From Terriglobia bacterium (GTDB lineage Bacteria > Acidobacteriota > Terriglobia > Bryobacterales > Bryobacteraceae), in assembly GCA_020073265.1 (NCBI GenBank), contig JAIQFN010000005.1, positions 76,110 to 140,109 of the forward strand: a stretch of 64,000 bases of DNA, read 5' to 3'. A program made the position numbers and the translations under genes. Positions 50,418 to 60,649 of this stretch are shown here, piece by piece (within the stretch, counting starts at the first letter, position 1; each line of letters opens with the position of its first letter). Below the pieces are notes generated by a model. The model was not told the DNA's origin, ran no database searches, and worked only from the letters and a program-made list of their open reading frames with translations.

Positions 50418-50755
50418 CTGATTAGCTTGGCTTGAGCTTCCGCCATGGTGGGGTAGGTGACCAGAATCTCGTCGACTCCGACCACTTTGAAAAGATCGTG
50501 CAGGCGTTTGGATGCGCCCACCAGGGCGTACTGGCGCTGGTTCTTCTGCGCCGAGGCGTGCAGGAACATGACCGCTCCCAAGGCGGCGGAGTCCATGAAC
50601 GGTACCTCGCTCAGATCGACGATGGCCACCGGCTCGTTTAAGCTTCGTACCACCGACTGAAACTCGAAGACGCTGGGGAGTGTGAAGGGCCCGCTGAGGC
50701 GAACAATCTTGACTCCCTCGCGCGGTCCGGCGGTGGCTTCGATCTTCAGATCCAT
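50414..50755 (-). CDS. STAS-domain anti-sigma-factor antagonist (SpoIIAA/RsbV-like)
   Basis: VKIVRLSGPFTL…IVDLSEVPFMDSAALGAVMF…ALVGASKRLHDLFKVVGVDEIL. Confidence 0.8.
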   Translation of the reverse strand: MDLKIEATAGPREGVKIVRLSGPFTLPSVFEFQSVVRSLNEPVAIVDLSEVPFMDSAALGAVMFLHASAQKNQRQYALVGASKRLHDLFKVVGVDEILVTYPTMAEAQAKLIS

Positions 50756-50838
50756 GTAGAGGAGTTTACTACGGACCGTTCGCGAACCACAAAGCGCGGC
50801 GGGATGCTGCGGGCCTCTGGATTCGCTACGCTAGTGAC

Positions 50839-52500
50839 ATGGGATCACCTGCAGTGGGGACGAAAGCGCCACAACTCTCTATTCGAACGCCGAATGGAGA
50901 GACCCAGGTGGTGACGCTCCAGCAGGACCACTATGACATCGGGCGAGCCGAGTCGAACGACCTTTCCTTTCGCGACGTCCTGGGATTGTCGCGAAAACAT
51001 CTCGCGTTGGATCGCGATGGCGCCAACTGGACAGTCCGCGACCTGGGCAGCACTAACGGCACCTTCGTAAACGGAACTCAGATCACGGCGCCGCAAGTGC
51101 TGCGCCCCAGAGACCGGGTGACAGCCGGAGAGCTGACCTTGACGTTCTCGGAGGGCGCGGCGCCGGCTGCCCAGACGGTCATCTTCGTCGAGAAGCCACC
51201 CACTACTTCGGCCGAGACGACCATGACCACCAGCCTGGACGGCTTGCTCGCCGAGGAGGCTGAGAGCAGCGGAGGCGGGCACAACAAGGCGCTGATCCGC
51301 GCCGGCCGCGAGCTGGCCGGGCACATGCCGCTGGATAAGCTTTTCGATCTGATCATGGACCTCTCGGTGGAGGCGGTGGGCGCCTCGCGGGGCGTGCTGA
51401 TGACGCTCGAAGACGGCGAGCTCCAGGTGCGCGCATCCAAAGGCGCGGGCATCCGCATCAGCTCGCATGTGCGCGACCTGGTGATCAACACCAAGCGCTC
51501 CTTGCTGGTTCACGACGCCCTGCGCGACCAGGCGCTGGGAGCGCGCATGAGCATCGTGCAGGATCAGATCCGCAGCATGCTGGCGGTGCCGCTGCAGACC
51601 GAGAAGCGCGTCATCGGGCTCATCTACCTGGATTCGCCTTTTCTGATCCGCGAATTCACCAAAGAGGACCTGAGCCTGCTCACCGTGATGGGAAACATCG
51701 CGGCCATCCGCATCGAGCATGCCCGGCTGGCGGAGATGGACCAGGCCGAGAAGCTGCGGGCCCAGGAAATGCAGCAGGCCGCCATGATCCAGCGGTCCAT
51801 TCTGCCGAGCAACTTCCCGCCCTTTCCGGATCGCAAGGAGTTTGAACTGCACGCCGCCATGACGCCGGCGCGGGGCGTCGGAGGCGACCTGTTCGATTTC
51901 TTCCTGCTGGATGAGGATCACCTGGCTTTCGCGGTCGGCGACGTGAGCGGCAAGGGTGTGCCGGCGGCGCTCTTCATGGCGGTGGCGCGCACCTTGCTCC
52001 GCGCGACGGCGCCGCACCAGACGTCGCCGGCCGAGTGCATGCAGTACATGAATGCGTCGCTCGCGTCACAAAACGCGTCCGGCATGTTCGTGACCTTTTT
52101 CTACGGCGTGCTGGACACCCGCACCGGCGAAATGCAGTTCGCCAACGCGGGGCACAATCCGCCCTTGGTGTTTACCGCGGACGGCACGCTGCGAACTCTC
52201 GAGGACAAGGGTGGGCCGATGCTGGGGTTGTTTCCGAAGCTTACCTTTGAAATGGCGACCACCACGCTCGCGCCGGGAGAGGGCATCCTGGTGTTTACAG
52301 ATGGCGTGACGGAAGCTCGCAATCCGGCCGACGAGTTTTTCGAGGACGAACGTCTGGAGGCGTATTTGAAGGCGCACGCGGCCGAACCGGTGGAGACGCT
52401 GGTGAGCGGACTGCACCGGTACCTGGAGGAGTTTGCGGCCGGCGCCCCCCAGGCCGACGACATCACCGCGCTGGCTTTGCGGTACCTCGGCCGGCATTAG
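50839..52500 (+). CDS. FHA-GAF-PP2C (SpoIIE/RsbU-type) phosphatase
   Basis: FHA: YDIGRAESNDLSF…SRKHLAL…VRDLGSTNGTFVNG. GAF-like middle region. PP2C: GGDLFDFF…AVGDVSGKGVPAALFM…FTDGVTEA…DDITALAL. Confidence 0.85.
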   Translation: MGSPAVGTKAPQLSIRTPNGETQVVTLQQDHYDIGRAESNDLSFRDVLGLSRKHLALDRDGANWTVRDLGSTNGTFVNGTQITAPQVLRPRDRVTAGELTLTFSEGAAPAAQTVIFVEKPPTTSAETTMTTSLDGLLAEEAESSGGGHNKALIRAGRELAGHMPLDKLFDLIMDLSVEAVGASRGVLMTLEDGELQVRASKGAGIRISSHVRDLVINTKRSLLVHDALRDQALGARMSIVQDQIRSMLAVPLQTEKRVIGLIYLDSPFLIREFTKEDLSLLTVMGNIAAIRIEHARLAEMDQAEKLRAQEMQQAAMIQRSILPSNFPPFPDRKEFELHAAMTPARGVGGDLFDFFLLDEDHLAFAVGDVSGKGVPAALFMAVARTLLRATAPHQTSPAECMQYMNASLASQNASGMFVTFFYGVLDTRTGEMQFANAGHNPPLVFTADGTLRTLEDKGGPMLGLFPKLTFEMATTTLAPGEGILVFTDGVTEARNPADEFFEDERLEAYLKAHAAEPVETLVSGLHRYLEEFAAGAPQADDITALALRYLGRH

Positions 52501-52660
52501 AAGCTTGCTGAAAAACCATTTGGCACACCGCTCCCTGACGGTCATGGCTCGGTAAGCGGCGGAAAAACCATGTGGCACTCCGCTCCCCGGCGGAATTTTC
52601 GAGGGCTGCCCCACCGGCGGCGGTTCTGTCACATAATAGATACACCATCGGGAATCCCCC

Positions 52661-55411
52661 ATGCTTTGCCCGGCGTGTAAGACCCCCGTGCCAACGAGCG
52701 CGCGTCAGTGCCCAAGTTGTGGAACAGCTACGGACGCCGACGACAAGACCGGGATCATAGCATCTCGTTCGCAGGCGCCGGTCTCGAGCGAGGGCATGCT
52801 GCAGCCAGGCAGTTCGTTCGGCGCGCGCTATCGCATCGAGTCGCTGCTGGGCGAGGGCGGCATGGGCTCCGTTTACAAGGCTTACGACGAGGAACTGGGG
52901 CGCACGGTAGCGCTCAAGCTGGTGCGGCCCGAGCTGGCCACCAGCCCGGGGATCATGCAGCGCTTCAAGCAGGAGCTGTTGCTAGCCAGCAAAATATCGC
53001 ACAAGAACATTCTGCGCATCCACGATCTGGGCGACGTCGAAGGCGTCAAGTTCATCAGCATGGCCTTCGTGGAAGGCTCGGACCTGTTCAATCTGATCGA
53101 AGAGTCCGGCGGGCTTCCGCTGGACCGCGCTCTGAAATTCGCCAAGCAATTGTGCTCCGCTTTGGAAGCGGCGCACGCCGAGGGCGTGGTACACCGCGAT
53201 TTGAAGCCGCAGAATATTTTGATCGACCGGGCGGACAATCTGTATGTCTCCGACTTCGGCCTGGCCAAGTCGCTCGAGCCCGAGGTCACCGCGATGACGC
53301 GCGTGGGCCAGGTTCTCGGCACACCCCGTTACATGTCGCCCGAGCAAGTAGAAGCCAAAGAGGTGGACAATCGCAGCGATCTGTATTCGCTGGGGCTCAT
53401 CTTCTATGAAATGTTCACCGCGACGCTTCCCTTCCGGGCCGAGTCCACGCTGCAGTTGATGTACAAGCACGTCAATGAAGCGCCCGCGGATCCGCGGGTG
53501 GCGCGCCCGGACCTGCCGGCTTACATTTCCAACATCATCCTGAAGTGCCTGGAGAAGGACCCCGCCAAACGCTACCAGAGCGCTCGCGATATTCTCACCG
53601 ACCTGGAGGCGCAAAACGCGCCGGCCGTGACTAAGCTGGACGCGTCCAGAAGCATCAGCATCCAGCTTCCCCGGCCGGAGCGTCCGGCCTGGTGGATCGC
53701 GGCGGGCGTCGTGGTGCTGCTGGCGGGGCTGGTGTTTCTGATTCCCGCCACGCGGCACCGGATTCTGCCCTCGCGCGGAGCCGCGGCCAAGGTGGGACAG
53801 GCGGCGATCACGCACTACGTCGCGGTGTTGCCCTTCCGCGTCACCAGCGACGAAGAGAACACCAGGTACGTAGCCGACGGTATCGTCGATTCGCTTTCGG
53901 CCAAGCTCGCGGGCCTGAGAAATGTGTACGTCGCACCCGCCAACGCCGTGAATGCCGCCGCGAAGCAGCGGGATCCCCAAAAAGTGGCGCACACCTTGGG
54001 CGTGAAACTGTTGCTGAGCGGCACCGTGACGACCGGAGCGAACAACGCCATCTCGATCACGGTCACACTGGACGACACCGTCAATCAAGGCCGGAACCTG
54101 CTGCACGAGAACTTTTCCGGCGTGCGCCAGGATCTGCTGACACTGGAAGATCAGATCTTCAGCAAAATCGCCAACACGCTCGAGATCAAGCAGACCAACG
54201 AGGAACTGGCGCGCAGCACGGCGCATCCGACCGAGAGCACCGGCGCGTACGACTTGTACTTGAAGGGCCGCAACCAGTGGCGCGGAGCGCAAAGCGCCAA
54301 GGAACTGCAGAGCGCGATGGGGCTATTCGAACAGGCCATCCAGCGCGATCCGCGATTCGCACTCGCCTATGCCGGCTTGGCGGACGCCGACCGCAGGATG
54401 TTCAACCAGACCAAGGATGGCGTCTGGACGCAGAAGGCCCTGGGCGCCGCGCAGCAGGCCGAAGCGATCAACGACAACCTGCCCGAGGTGCATTTCACGC
54501 TCGGCAGCATCTACACCGATACGGGAAGAACGGCCGAGGCCATCGCCGAGCTGCAACACGCGCTGCAGCTCGCTCCCAATTCCGATGAAGCGCTGCGCCG
54601 CCTGGGGACCGCGTACCTGAAAGCGGGCCGGCAGCAGGAAGCCATCGCGGCTTACACCAAGGCGACCCAGGTGAATCCGTACCTGTATACCAACTACAAC
54701 CAACTGGGCAACGCGTATTTCGAACTCGGCCAGAATGACAAGGCGCTGGCGGCGTTCCAGAAGGTCACCGAGCTGGAGCCGGACCGCGGCGAAGGTTGGG
54801 CCAACCTGGGCGCGGTTTACTACCGGCAGGGAAAGTGGAACGACTGCATTCCCAAGTTTCAGAAGGCCATCGATCTGCAACCCAAGGCATCCTACTATGC
54901 CAACCTCGGCACCACTTACTTTTTCCTGAACCGCTACGACGAAGCGGTGAAGATGTTCGATAAGGCCGTGTCCATGGAGCCCAACAACGCCAGCTTCCAC
55001 GTATATCTCGCGGACGCCTATCGCTGGGCCGGTCAGACCGCCAAGGCGAGCGCTACCTATGATGAGGCGATCAATCTCGCGTACAAGAGCATTCAGGTGG
55101 ATCCGCGGAACGCCGAGGCGCTCGGCGATTTGGCGATCTCGTATGCCAAGAAGGGCGATTCCAAGCAAGCCCTGGACCGCATCGCCAGAGCGCGCGAGAT
55201 CGATCAGAAAAACAACTGGCTGATGTACGAAGAGGCTACTGTTTATTCTCTGGCGGGAAAAACGGCGGACGCGTTGGCCAGCCTGAAACAGGCGCTCCAG
55301 AGCGGGTATTCTCTGGAGGAAGTGAAGGCCGATCCGGAGCTCCGGGGCCTAAGGGCCAGCCCGGAGTTCGCCAAGCTCGTGAGTGAGCTGCCCGCGAAAT
55401 CCGGCCGATGA
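52661..55411 (+). CDS. Hanks-type Ser/Thr kinase with N-terminal zinc ribbon, TM segment and C-terminal TPR array
   Basis: CPACKTPVPTSARQCPSCG; GEGGMGSVY, HRDLKPQNI, DFGLAK and SPEQ; TM segment WWIAAGVVVLLAGLVFLI; multiple TPRs (…AIAELQHALQLAPNSDEALRRLGTAY…). Confidence 0.9.
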   Translation: MLCPACKTPVPTSARQCPSCGTATDADDKTGIIASRSQAPVSSEGMLQPGSSFGARYRIESLLGEGGMGSVYKAYDEELGRTVALKLVRPELATSPGIMQRFKQELLLASKISHKNILRIHDLGDVEGVKFISMAFVEGSDLFNLIEESGGLPLDRALKFAKQLCSALEAAHAEGVVHRDLKPQNILIDRADNLYVSDFGLAKSLEPEVTAMTRVGQVLGTPRYMSPEQVEAKEVDNRSDLYSLGLIFYEMFTATLPFRAESTLQLMYKHVNEAPADPRVARPDLPAYISNIILKCLEKDPAKRYQSARDILTDLEAQNAPAVTKLDASRSISIQLPRPERPAWWIAAGVVVLLAGLVFLIPATRHRILPSRGAAAKVGQAAITHYVAVLPFRVTSDEENTRYVADGIVDSLSAKLAGLRNVYVAPANAVNAAAKQRDPQKVAHTLGVKLLLSGTVTTGANNAISITVTLDDTVNQGRNLLHENFSGVRQDLLTLEDQIFSKIANTLEIKQTNEELARSTAHPTESTGAYDLYLKGRNQWRGAQSAKELQSAMGLFEQAIQRDPRFALAYAGLADADRRMFNQTKDGVWTQKALGAAQQAEAINDNLPEVHFTLGSIYTDTGRTAEAIAELQHALQLAPNSDEALRRLGTAYLKAGRQQEAIAAYTKATQVNPYLYTNYNQLGNAYFELGQNDKALAAFQKVTELEPDRGEGWANLGAVYYRQGKWNDCIPKFQKAIDLQPKASYYANLGTTYFFLNRYDEAVKMFDKAVSMEPNNASFHVYLADAYRWAGQTAKASATYDEAINLAYKSIQVDPRNAEALGDLAISYAKKGDSKQALDRIARAREIDQKNNWLMYEEATVYSLAGKTADALASLKQALQSGYSLEEVKADPELRGLRASPEFAKLVSELPAKSGR

Positions 55412-55496
55412 ATTAAGTACTAGTAGTTTCAATTTACCCCGATACGACTTTTCGACTGGGCTAGAAGGACCTTCCCGGACTAGAATAGGAACAATT

Positions 55497-56201
55497 ATGT
55501 TGAGCGGTAAGTTTTTCGGAGAGCGCTGGATGCTAACAGCTTGCCTGGTGGCAGGCGGTCTGATCGCGCTTCCTGCCATAACATTGGCGAGCACCGACCC
55601 GGGCATCACGATCGAGTCCAGTGACCCGCCTGATCCCATCTTTCTTGGTGGCATCACCAATGGCTTGGGCGGGGTTCAACTGACTGGCGACGCGGATGTT
55701 CTCTATCAGCTCGAAGATGATACGGGCATTATTACAAGCATCACCTTCGATGTGCAGATCAACAAAGATCTCTCGGTCCGCAAGGTCCTGCGCAATTTCT
55801 CATGCACGCAGCCGAGCGGCCAAGAATACTTCAAGCACTGCGATGTGACCTACGACCGCGACACCGGCATCCTGGAGTACTCGTTCTTCGGTGTAAAGCC
55901 CCCGGAAGGTGACGAGTTGTGCCCGCAACTGGACTGCGAGGTCGGCGAAAAAGAAGGCATCCCGCCGGGAGGTTCTTTCTTTATCGAGTTGACTGGCTGG
56001 ACTTCGGGTCTTACGGTGGGCGACCCAGTCCAACTGTACATGGGCCTCCCGACGATCACGAGCGAATTTACCTCGACGGCGCCGGAGCCCTCAATGCTTT
56101 GGGGCCTCGGGCTCGGGTTGTTCCTCATCGCAGGCGTCGCAGAGGCTCGACGCCGCAAGCGGTCCCGCTCAGCGACTTTCGCCGAGAACGCGATCCGGTA
56201 G
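55497..56201 (+). CDS. PEP-CTERM-like sorting-domain protein
   Basis: Signal region …LTACLVAGGLIALPAITLA. C-terminus APEPSMLWGLGLGLFLIAGVAEARRRKR, followed by an unusually long tail of 14 residues. Confidence 0.65.
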   Translation: MLSGKFFGERWMLTACLVAGGLIALPAITLASTDPGITIESSDPPDPIFLGGITNGLGGVQLTGDADVLYQLEDDTGIITSITFDVQINKDLSVRKVLRNFSCTQPSGQEYFKHCDVTYDRDTGILEYSFFGVKPPEGDELCPQLDCEVGEKEGIPPGGSFFIELTGWTSGLTVGDPVQLYMGLPTITSEFTSTAPEPSMLWGLGLGLFLIAGVAEARRRKRSRSATFAENAIR

Positions 56202-56392
56202 TCCGATTGCCCGGCGAGTCCCGGTTCCGCGCCCGAAGTTAACAAAATCCCCACGCCTCGATCAAAGTGAGTTAAGCTTAGTTTAGCTCCGCCCGGAGTC
56301 GCACGATAATCGAGCACCGAGTCCTTCTGTGCTCACAAGCCCCTCCAACGTTCAACTGCTGGGACCATCGCGCTTCAAAGGAGCCCCAACTA

Positions 56393-59380
56393 ATGACAAG
56401 AGTAGTTCACGGACATTTCCCGCTTCGAGCGGCCGGCCAGACGCTTGCGTTGGCCATCATCTCAGTCGCGCTGGCCTGTGCGCAGCAGCTTAGCACCCAG
56501 AACCTGGCCAACATGGGCCAACAGATTTCGCCGCTAGCGCCGCACGGCGCCACGTTCAAGGCGATGAATCCAGGTCTCACCGACACGCCGGATTGGCTGG
56601 CCAGCCAGGCGGTCACCACCGTGGTGAGTCCCCTGCACGACACCCTGTTGGTTTTGACCAGCGGATTCAACCGCATCTACAAACCCGGGAGCCCGGTAAC
56701 GCCGGGGCTGGCGGCATGGTATCTGCCGGACTCCAGCGAGTACGTGTTCATCTACGACATTTCAACGGCCACGCCGGCCCTCAAGCAAGTGCTGCCGATC
56801 CAATACAGCACCTACAACGGGATCGTCTTCGATCCAACCGGCCTGGCTTTTTACGTGGCCGGCGGCCCCGATGACATTGTCCACATAGTTACTCTGAACG
56901 CCAGCACCGGGACGTGGAGCGAGCTCGGGAATCCGCCGCTCGCCTTGGGCCACAATCACCAGGGCCTGGGCCTCAACGTCTTCACCAGCCCGAACAACGG
57001 AGCAGTCGCGATAAACAGCGAGGTGGGCGTGTTGCCGTGCGCCGCCGGGGTAGCTATTTCGAATGATGGCAACACCCTGGTGGTGGTGAATTACTACAAC
57101 GACTCGATCACCGTGTTCAATAAACAGAACGGAAGCTACATCAACTGGTCGCCAGGGACCGAACTCGACCTGCGCCCCGGAAAGAGCGACCCCTCCATGG
57201 CGGGCGTGCCGGGCGGCGAGTATCCGTTCTGGGCGGTGGTGAAGGGCAACGGGTTGAGCGCGACAGCCTACGTATCCAGCGTTCGCGACCGCGAGATCGA
57301 CGTTGTGGCGCTGGGCCGCGTGCCGGCCGTGGTGGCCCGCATCCCGGTGAAGGGCCAGCCCAACAAGATGACGCTGAACGCGGCCCAGTCGCTGCTGTAT
57401 GTGGCCGACGACCAGGCGGATACGGTGGACGTGATCGACACCGCGACGAATGCCGTGGTCGAAACCATCCCGGTCATCACGCCGCTTTTGCCTGGCTGGC
57501 TGTCGGCATACAAGGGCGCGAACCCCAACAGCGTAACGCTCTCTCCGGATGAGAAACAAGTCTATGTGACCGACGGCAACCTGAACTGCGTCTCGGTGAT
57601 AGCGCTGGGCGGAACCAACAGCGGCGACCACGTTGTTGGTCTGATCCCGACGGGCTGGTACCCGAACTCGACCAGCTTCAACTTGGATGGCAGCGCGGTG
57701 TACGCGGTCAACTCGAAGTCGCCGACCAGCGGAAACACCGGCTGGTGTTATGGCGGCTACGGGCCGCCGGATTCGCCGAATTGCGCCCCATCGAATCAGT
57801 ACAATCCTCAGTTGACCAAAGCCGGTCTGCAGAGCTTCCCGCGCCCCAGCCCGGACCAGCTCACCACACTGACCGCGCAGGTAATCGCGAACAATCATTT
57901 CACCAGCACCGAGAGCGACAGCGACTCCGCGGTGATGGCGGCCGTGCGCAGCGGCATCCAGCACGTTATTTTCATACTCAAGGAAAACCGGACTTACGAC
58001 CAGATCCTGGGGGACCTGAAAGGTCTGGACGGCAAACCGCTCGGCAATGGCGATCCTACACTGACTGAGTTTGGAGAGACCACCACGCCGAATTTGCATA
58101 ACCTGGCGAGAACCTTCGTCACGCTCGATAACTTCCTGGACACCGCCGAAGTCAGCTACGACGGCTGGCTGTGGAGCACGGCGGCTCAAGCCCCCGACGT
58201 GGTGCAACGCCAATGGCCGATCACCTACGCGTACCGAGGCCTGGGCGTGGATTCCGAGGGTGCGAATCGCAGTGTGAACGTTGCCATTGCAAGCCTCGCC
58301 GACCGCCAGAAAGCCAATCCCTTCACACCGGACGATCCGGACCGGCTGCCGGGCCAAACCGACGTCGCCGCGCCGGATGGGCCGAACAATGAAATCAATA
58401 CCGGCTACCTATGGGACTCCGCGCTGCGGGCGGGTCTCTCGGTTCGTAACTATGGCTTCTTCATCGACGGGACCCTCTACAACACACCCACCAACTACAT
58501 TCCTCTGGCGCGCAACCCGTACGCGACCGGCACCATCCAGGCCTATCCCACCAATGTTGCCCTAGCCCCGTACACCGATCAGTACTTCCGCGGTTTCGAC
58601 AACGCGTATCCGGATTTTTACCGTTACGCGGAGTGGGAGCGCGAGTTCGATTCCACTTACGCGGTCGACGGCCTGCCTGCGTTGAGCCTGGTTCGTTTCA
58701 TGCACGATCACACCGGCAACTGGACTGCGGGCGCTACCGGCTTTCCGCAAGCCGCGATTGACGGCGTGAATACTCCGGAGCTGGAGGTAGCCGACAACGA
58801 CTACGCGGTCGGCTTGCTGATTCAGAAAATCGCAGGCAGCCGGTACGCGAACAACACGCTGATCTTCGTGGTGGAGGACGACGCGCAGGATGGCGGCGAT
58901 CACGTCGATTCGCACCGCAGCACTGCGTTCGTCGTGGGCGCCTACGTCAAGCAGGGCGCGGTGGTCTCCACCTCATACAACACCGTGAACTTCTTGCGCA
59001 CGATCGAAGAGGTCCTGGGCCTCCCACCGATGAACCTCAACGACGCGGTGGCGCGTCCCATGGCCGACATCTTCGACACCACGCCCAGCCTGTGGAGCTT
59101 TGCGGCCGCTCCCTCGGGGCTGCTCTACAATACGCAACTGGTGCTGCCTCCGTTGCAGACCGGCGCGATCGTGCCAAAGCCGACGCACAATGCTAAGTAT
59201 TGGGCCCGGGTCACGAAGGGAATGGACTTCACGGACGCGGATCGCGTCGATCCCGCCGCCTTCAACCGTGTTCTGTGGAAAGGGATGATGGGCAACAAGC
59301 CGTATCCCGCCGCGCTGTCCGCAAAGAACCTGAAGAAGAACCGCAAGGAGAACCGCGAGCGTGAGCGCGAGCGGCCATGA
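56393..59380 (+). CDS. secreted beta-propeller (YVTN-like) + phosphoesterase-family (PlcN/AcpA-type, PF04185) fusion
   Basis: Signal peptide. ISNDGNTLVVVNYYNDSITVF, LYVADDQADTVDVID and LSPDEKQVYVTDG. Then HVIFILKENRTYDQILGDL and FVVEDDAQDGGDHVDSHRS. Confidence 0.8.
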   Translation: MTRVVHGHFPLRAAGQTLALAIISVALACAQQLSTQNLANMGQQISPLAPHGATFKAMNPGLTDTPDWLASQAVTTVVSPLHDTLLVLTSGFNRIYKPGSPVTPGLAAWYLPDSSEYVFIYDISTATPALKQVLPIQYSTYNGIVFDPTGLAFYVAGGPDDIVHIVTLNASTGTWSELGNPPLALGHNHQGLGLNVFTSPNNGAVAINSEVGVLPCAAGVAISNDGNTLVVVNYYNDSITVFNKQNGSYINWSPGTELDLRPGKSDPSMAGVPGGEYPFWAVVKGNGLSATAYVSSVRDREIDVVALGRVPAVVARIPVKGQPNKMTLNAAQSLLYVADDQADTVDVIDTATNAVVETIPVITPLLPGWLSAYKGANPNSVTLSPDEKQVYVTDGNLNCVSVIALGGTNSGDHVVGLIPTGWYPNSTSFNLDGSAVYAVNSKSPTSGNTGWCYGGYGPPDSPNCAPSNQYNPQLTKAGLQSFPRPSPDQLTTLTAQVIANNHFTSTESDSDSAVMAAVRSGIQHVIFILKENRTYDQILGDLKGLDGKPLGNGDPTLTEFGETTTPNLHNLARTFVTLDNFLDTAEVSYDGWLWSTAAQAPDVVQRQWPITYAYRGLGVDSEGANRSVNVAIASLADRQKANPFTPDDPDRLPGQTDVAAPDGPNNEINTGYLWDSALRAGLSVRNYGFFIDGTLYNTPTNYIPLARNPYATGTIQAYPTNVALAPYTDQYFRGFDNAYPDFYRYAEWEREFDSTYAVDGLPALSLVRFMHDHTGNWTAGATGFPQAAIDGVNTPELEVADNDYAVGLLIQKIAGSRYANNTLIFVVEDDAQDGGDHVDSHRSTAFVVGAYVKQGAVVSTSYNTVNFLRTIEEVLGLPPMNLNDAVARPMADIFDTTPSLWSFAAAPSGLLYNTQLVLPPLQTGAIVPKPTHNAKYWARVTKGMDFTDADRVDPAAFNRVLWKGMMGNKPYPAALSAKNLKKNRKENRERERERP

Positions 59381-59470
59381 CCGGCGTGAAGTGACAGCGA
59401 CGAAGCAGTGGCACGCGGACGGGGGTTCGCCTCTGAAGGCGGATCTCCGGCCGCGCGCGATGAAAGCCCT

Positions 59471-60547
59471 TCAGGCGGCGCGGGAGGACCCAGGGACTGG
59501 GACCGTTGCCTGGGCCTGGCCCAGAACCTGCTGCGGGTGTCGCAACACCTGCCAGCTCTTCCAGAGAGCCTCAGCCCAAGTGTAGGAGCGATAGGACAGC
59601 CCATGCTCGGCGCAGAACGCTTGCACCGCCACGCTAACCTGGGGATAGTGGACGTGGCTGATATTCGGAAACAGGTGATGCTCAACCTGGTACTCCAGGC
59701 CGGAGCACAGGAACCTGCCCAGCAGGCCGGTCCGGAAACTCACCGTTCCTGCGGTCTGTACCTCGAAGAAATCGGCGGCGCGCCGGACTTCATCGGTGGT
59801 GCGCTGCGCCTCGGCCGGAAAATGTCCGGGGGCGAGGACGGCGTACATCGCATAGCCCAACAGAATGGCCCGCAGACCATAGAACGCCGCAACGGCCGGG
59901 AGCGGCCAGAACAGAAGCGGTACGCCAATCCAGAGCACGTAGTGCAGCACCAGAGCGCCGGCATCGATCCAGTGGGCTGACTTTCGCCTTTTCGGATGAC
60001 GAAGCATTCCCAGCAGGTACACCCAGCCGGACATTTGAATGCTGATGCAGTTCACCGCGAGCGCCAACGGAAACAACCAGAATTGCAGGCGCCGGTGATA
60101 GAAACGACGGAAGCCGGAGCTGGCATGAACCTCGTTGGCGGTGATCGCGAACCAAGGTAACAAATCGGCATCGCTGTCCACTCCGACCACGTTCGGCGCC
60201 GGATGGTGCAGTACGACGTGCTTGTGCCACCAGAACGTAGCCGACAGGCCCACGAACATCGGATAGCCAAAATAACTCAGAGCCTCGTTGAGCCAGCGCT
60301 TGTCGCTGGTGCCGTAGTGTGTGGAGGTGTGCGTGTTGGTCCCGACGCCCATGCACCCGAAAGCCGAGATCAACAGCCCCAGCGCCTCCAGGGCCAGGTT
60401 GTGGCTGAGCATGAAAATGACCATGCCGGCCAGGGCAATGGTCACGTGGGCCAGCAGTTCGAATACGATTCGAGCCGTGGCTTTCCTGTCCCAGCCGCGC
60501 CGGCCGAATTCGTTGCGTAGTTCCCGAACTGCTTCTAAGGTCGTCAT
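59471..60547 (-). CDS. membrane fatty-acid desaturase family protein
   Basis: Three His boxes: HTSTH, HKHVVLHH and QVEHHLFP. About 4 TM segments. Confidence 0.85.
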   Translation of the reverse strand: MTTLEAVRELRNEFGRRGWDRKATARIVFELLAHVTIALAGMVIFMLSHNLALEALGLLISAFGCMGVGTNTHTSTHYGTSDKRWLNEALSYFGYPMFVGLSATFWWHKHVVLHHPAPNVVGVDSDADLLPWFAITANEVHASSGFRRFYHRRLQFWLFPLALAVNCISIQMSGWVYLLGMLRHPKRRKSAHWIDAGALVLHYVLWIGVPLLFWPLPAVAAFYGLRAILLGYAMYAVLAPGHFPAEAQRTTDEVRRAADFFEVQTAGTVSFRTGLLGRFLCSGLEYQVEHHLFPNISHVHYPQVSVAVQAFCAEHGLSYRSYTWAEALWKSWQVLRHPQQVLGQAQATVPVPGSSRAA

Positions 60548-60649
60548 TTAGTTAATCTTGGGTGCTACCTCAGCGTAGCCCGGATTTGGCCGGGCGGTTG
60601 TAAGACTTACGTAATATCGATACGGACCGGCAAGGAGGCGGCCATCCGG

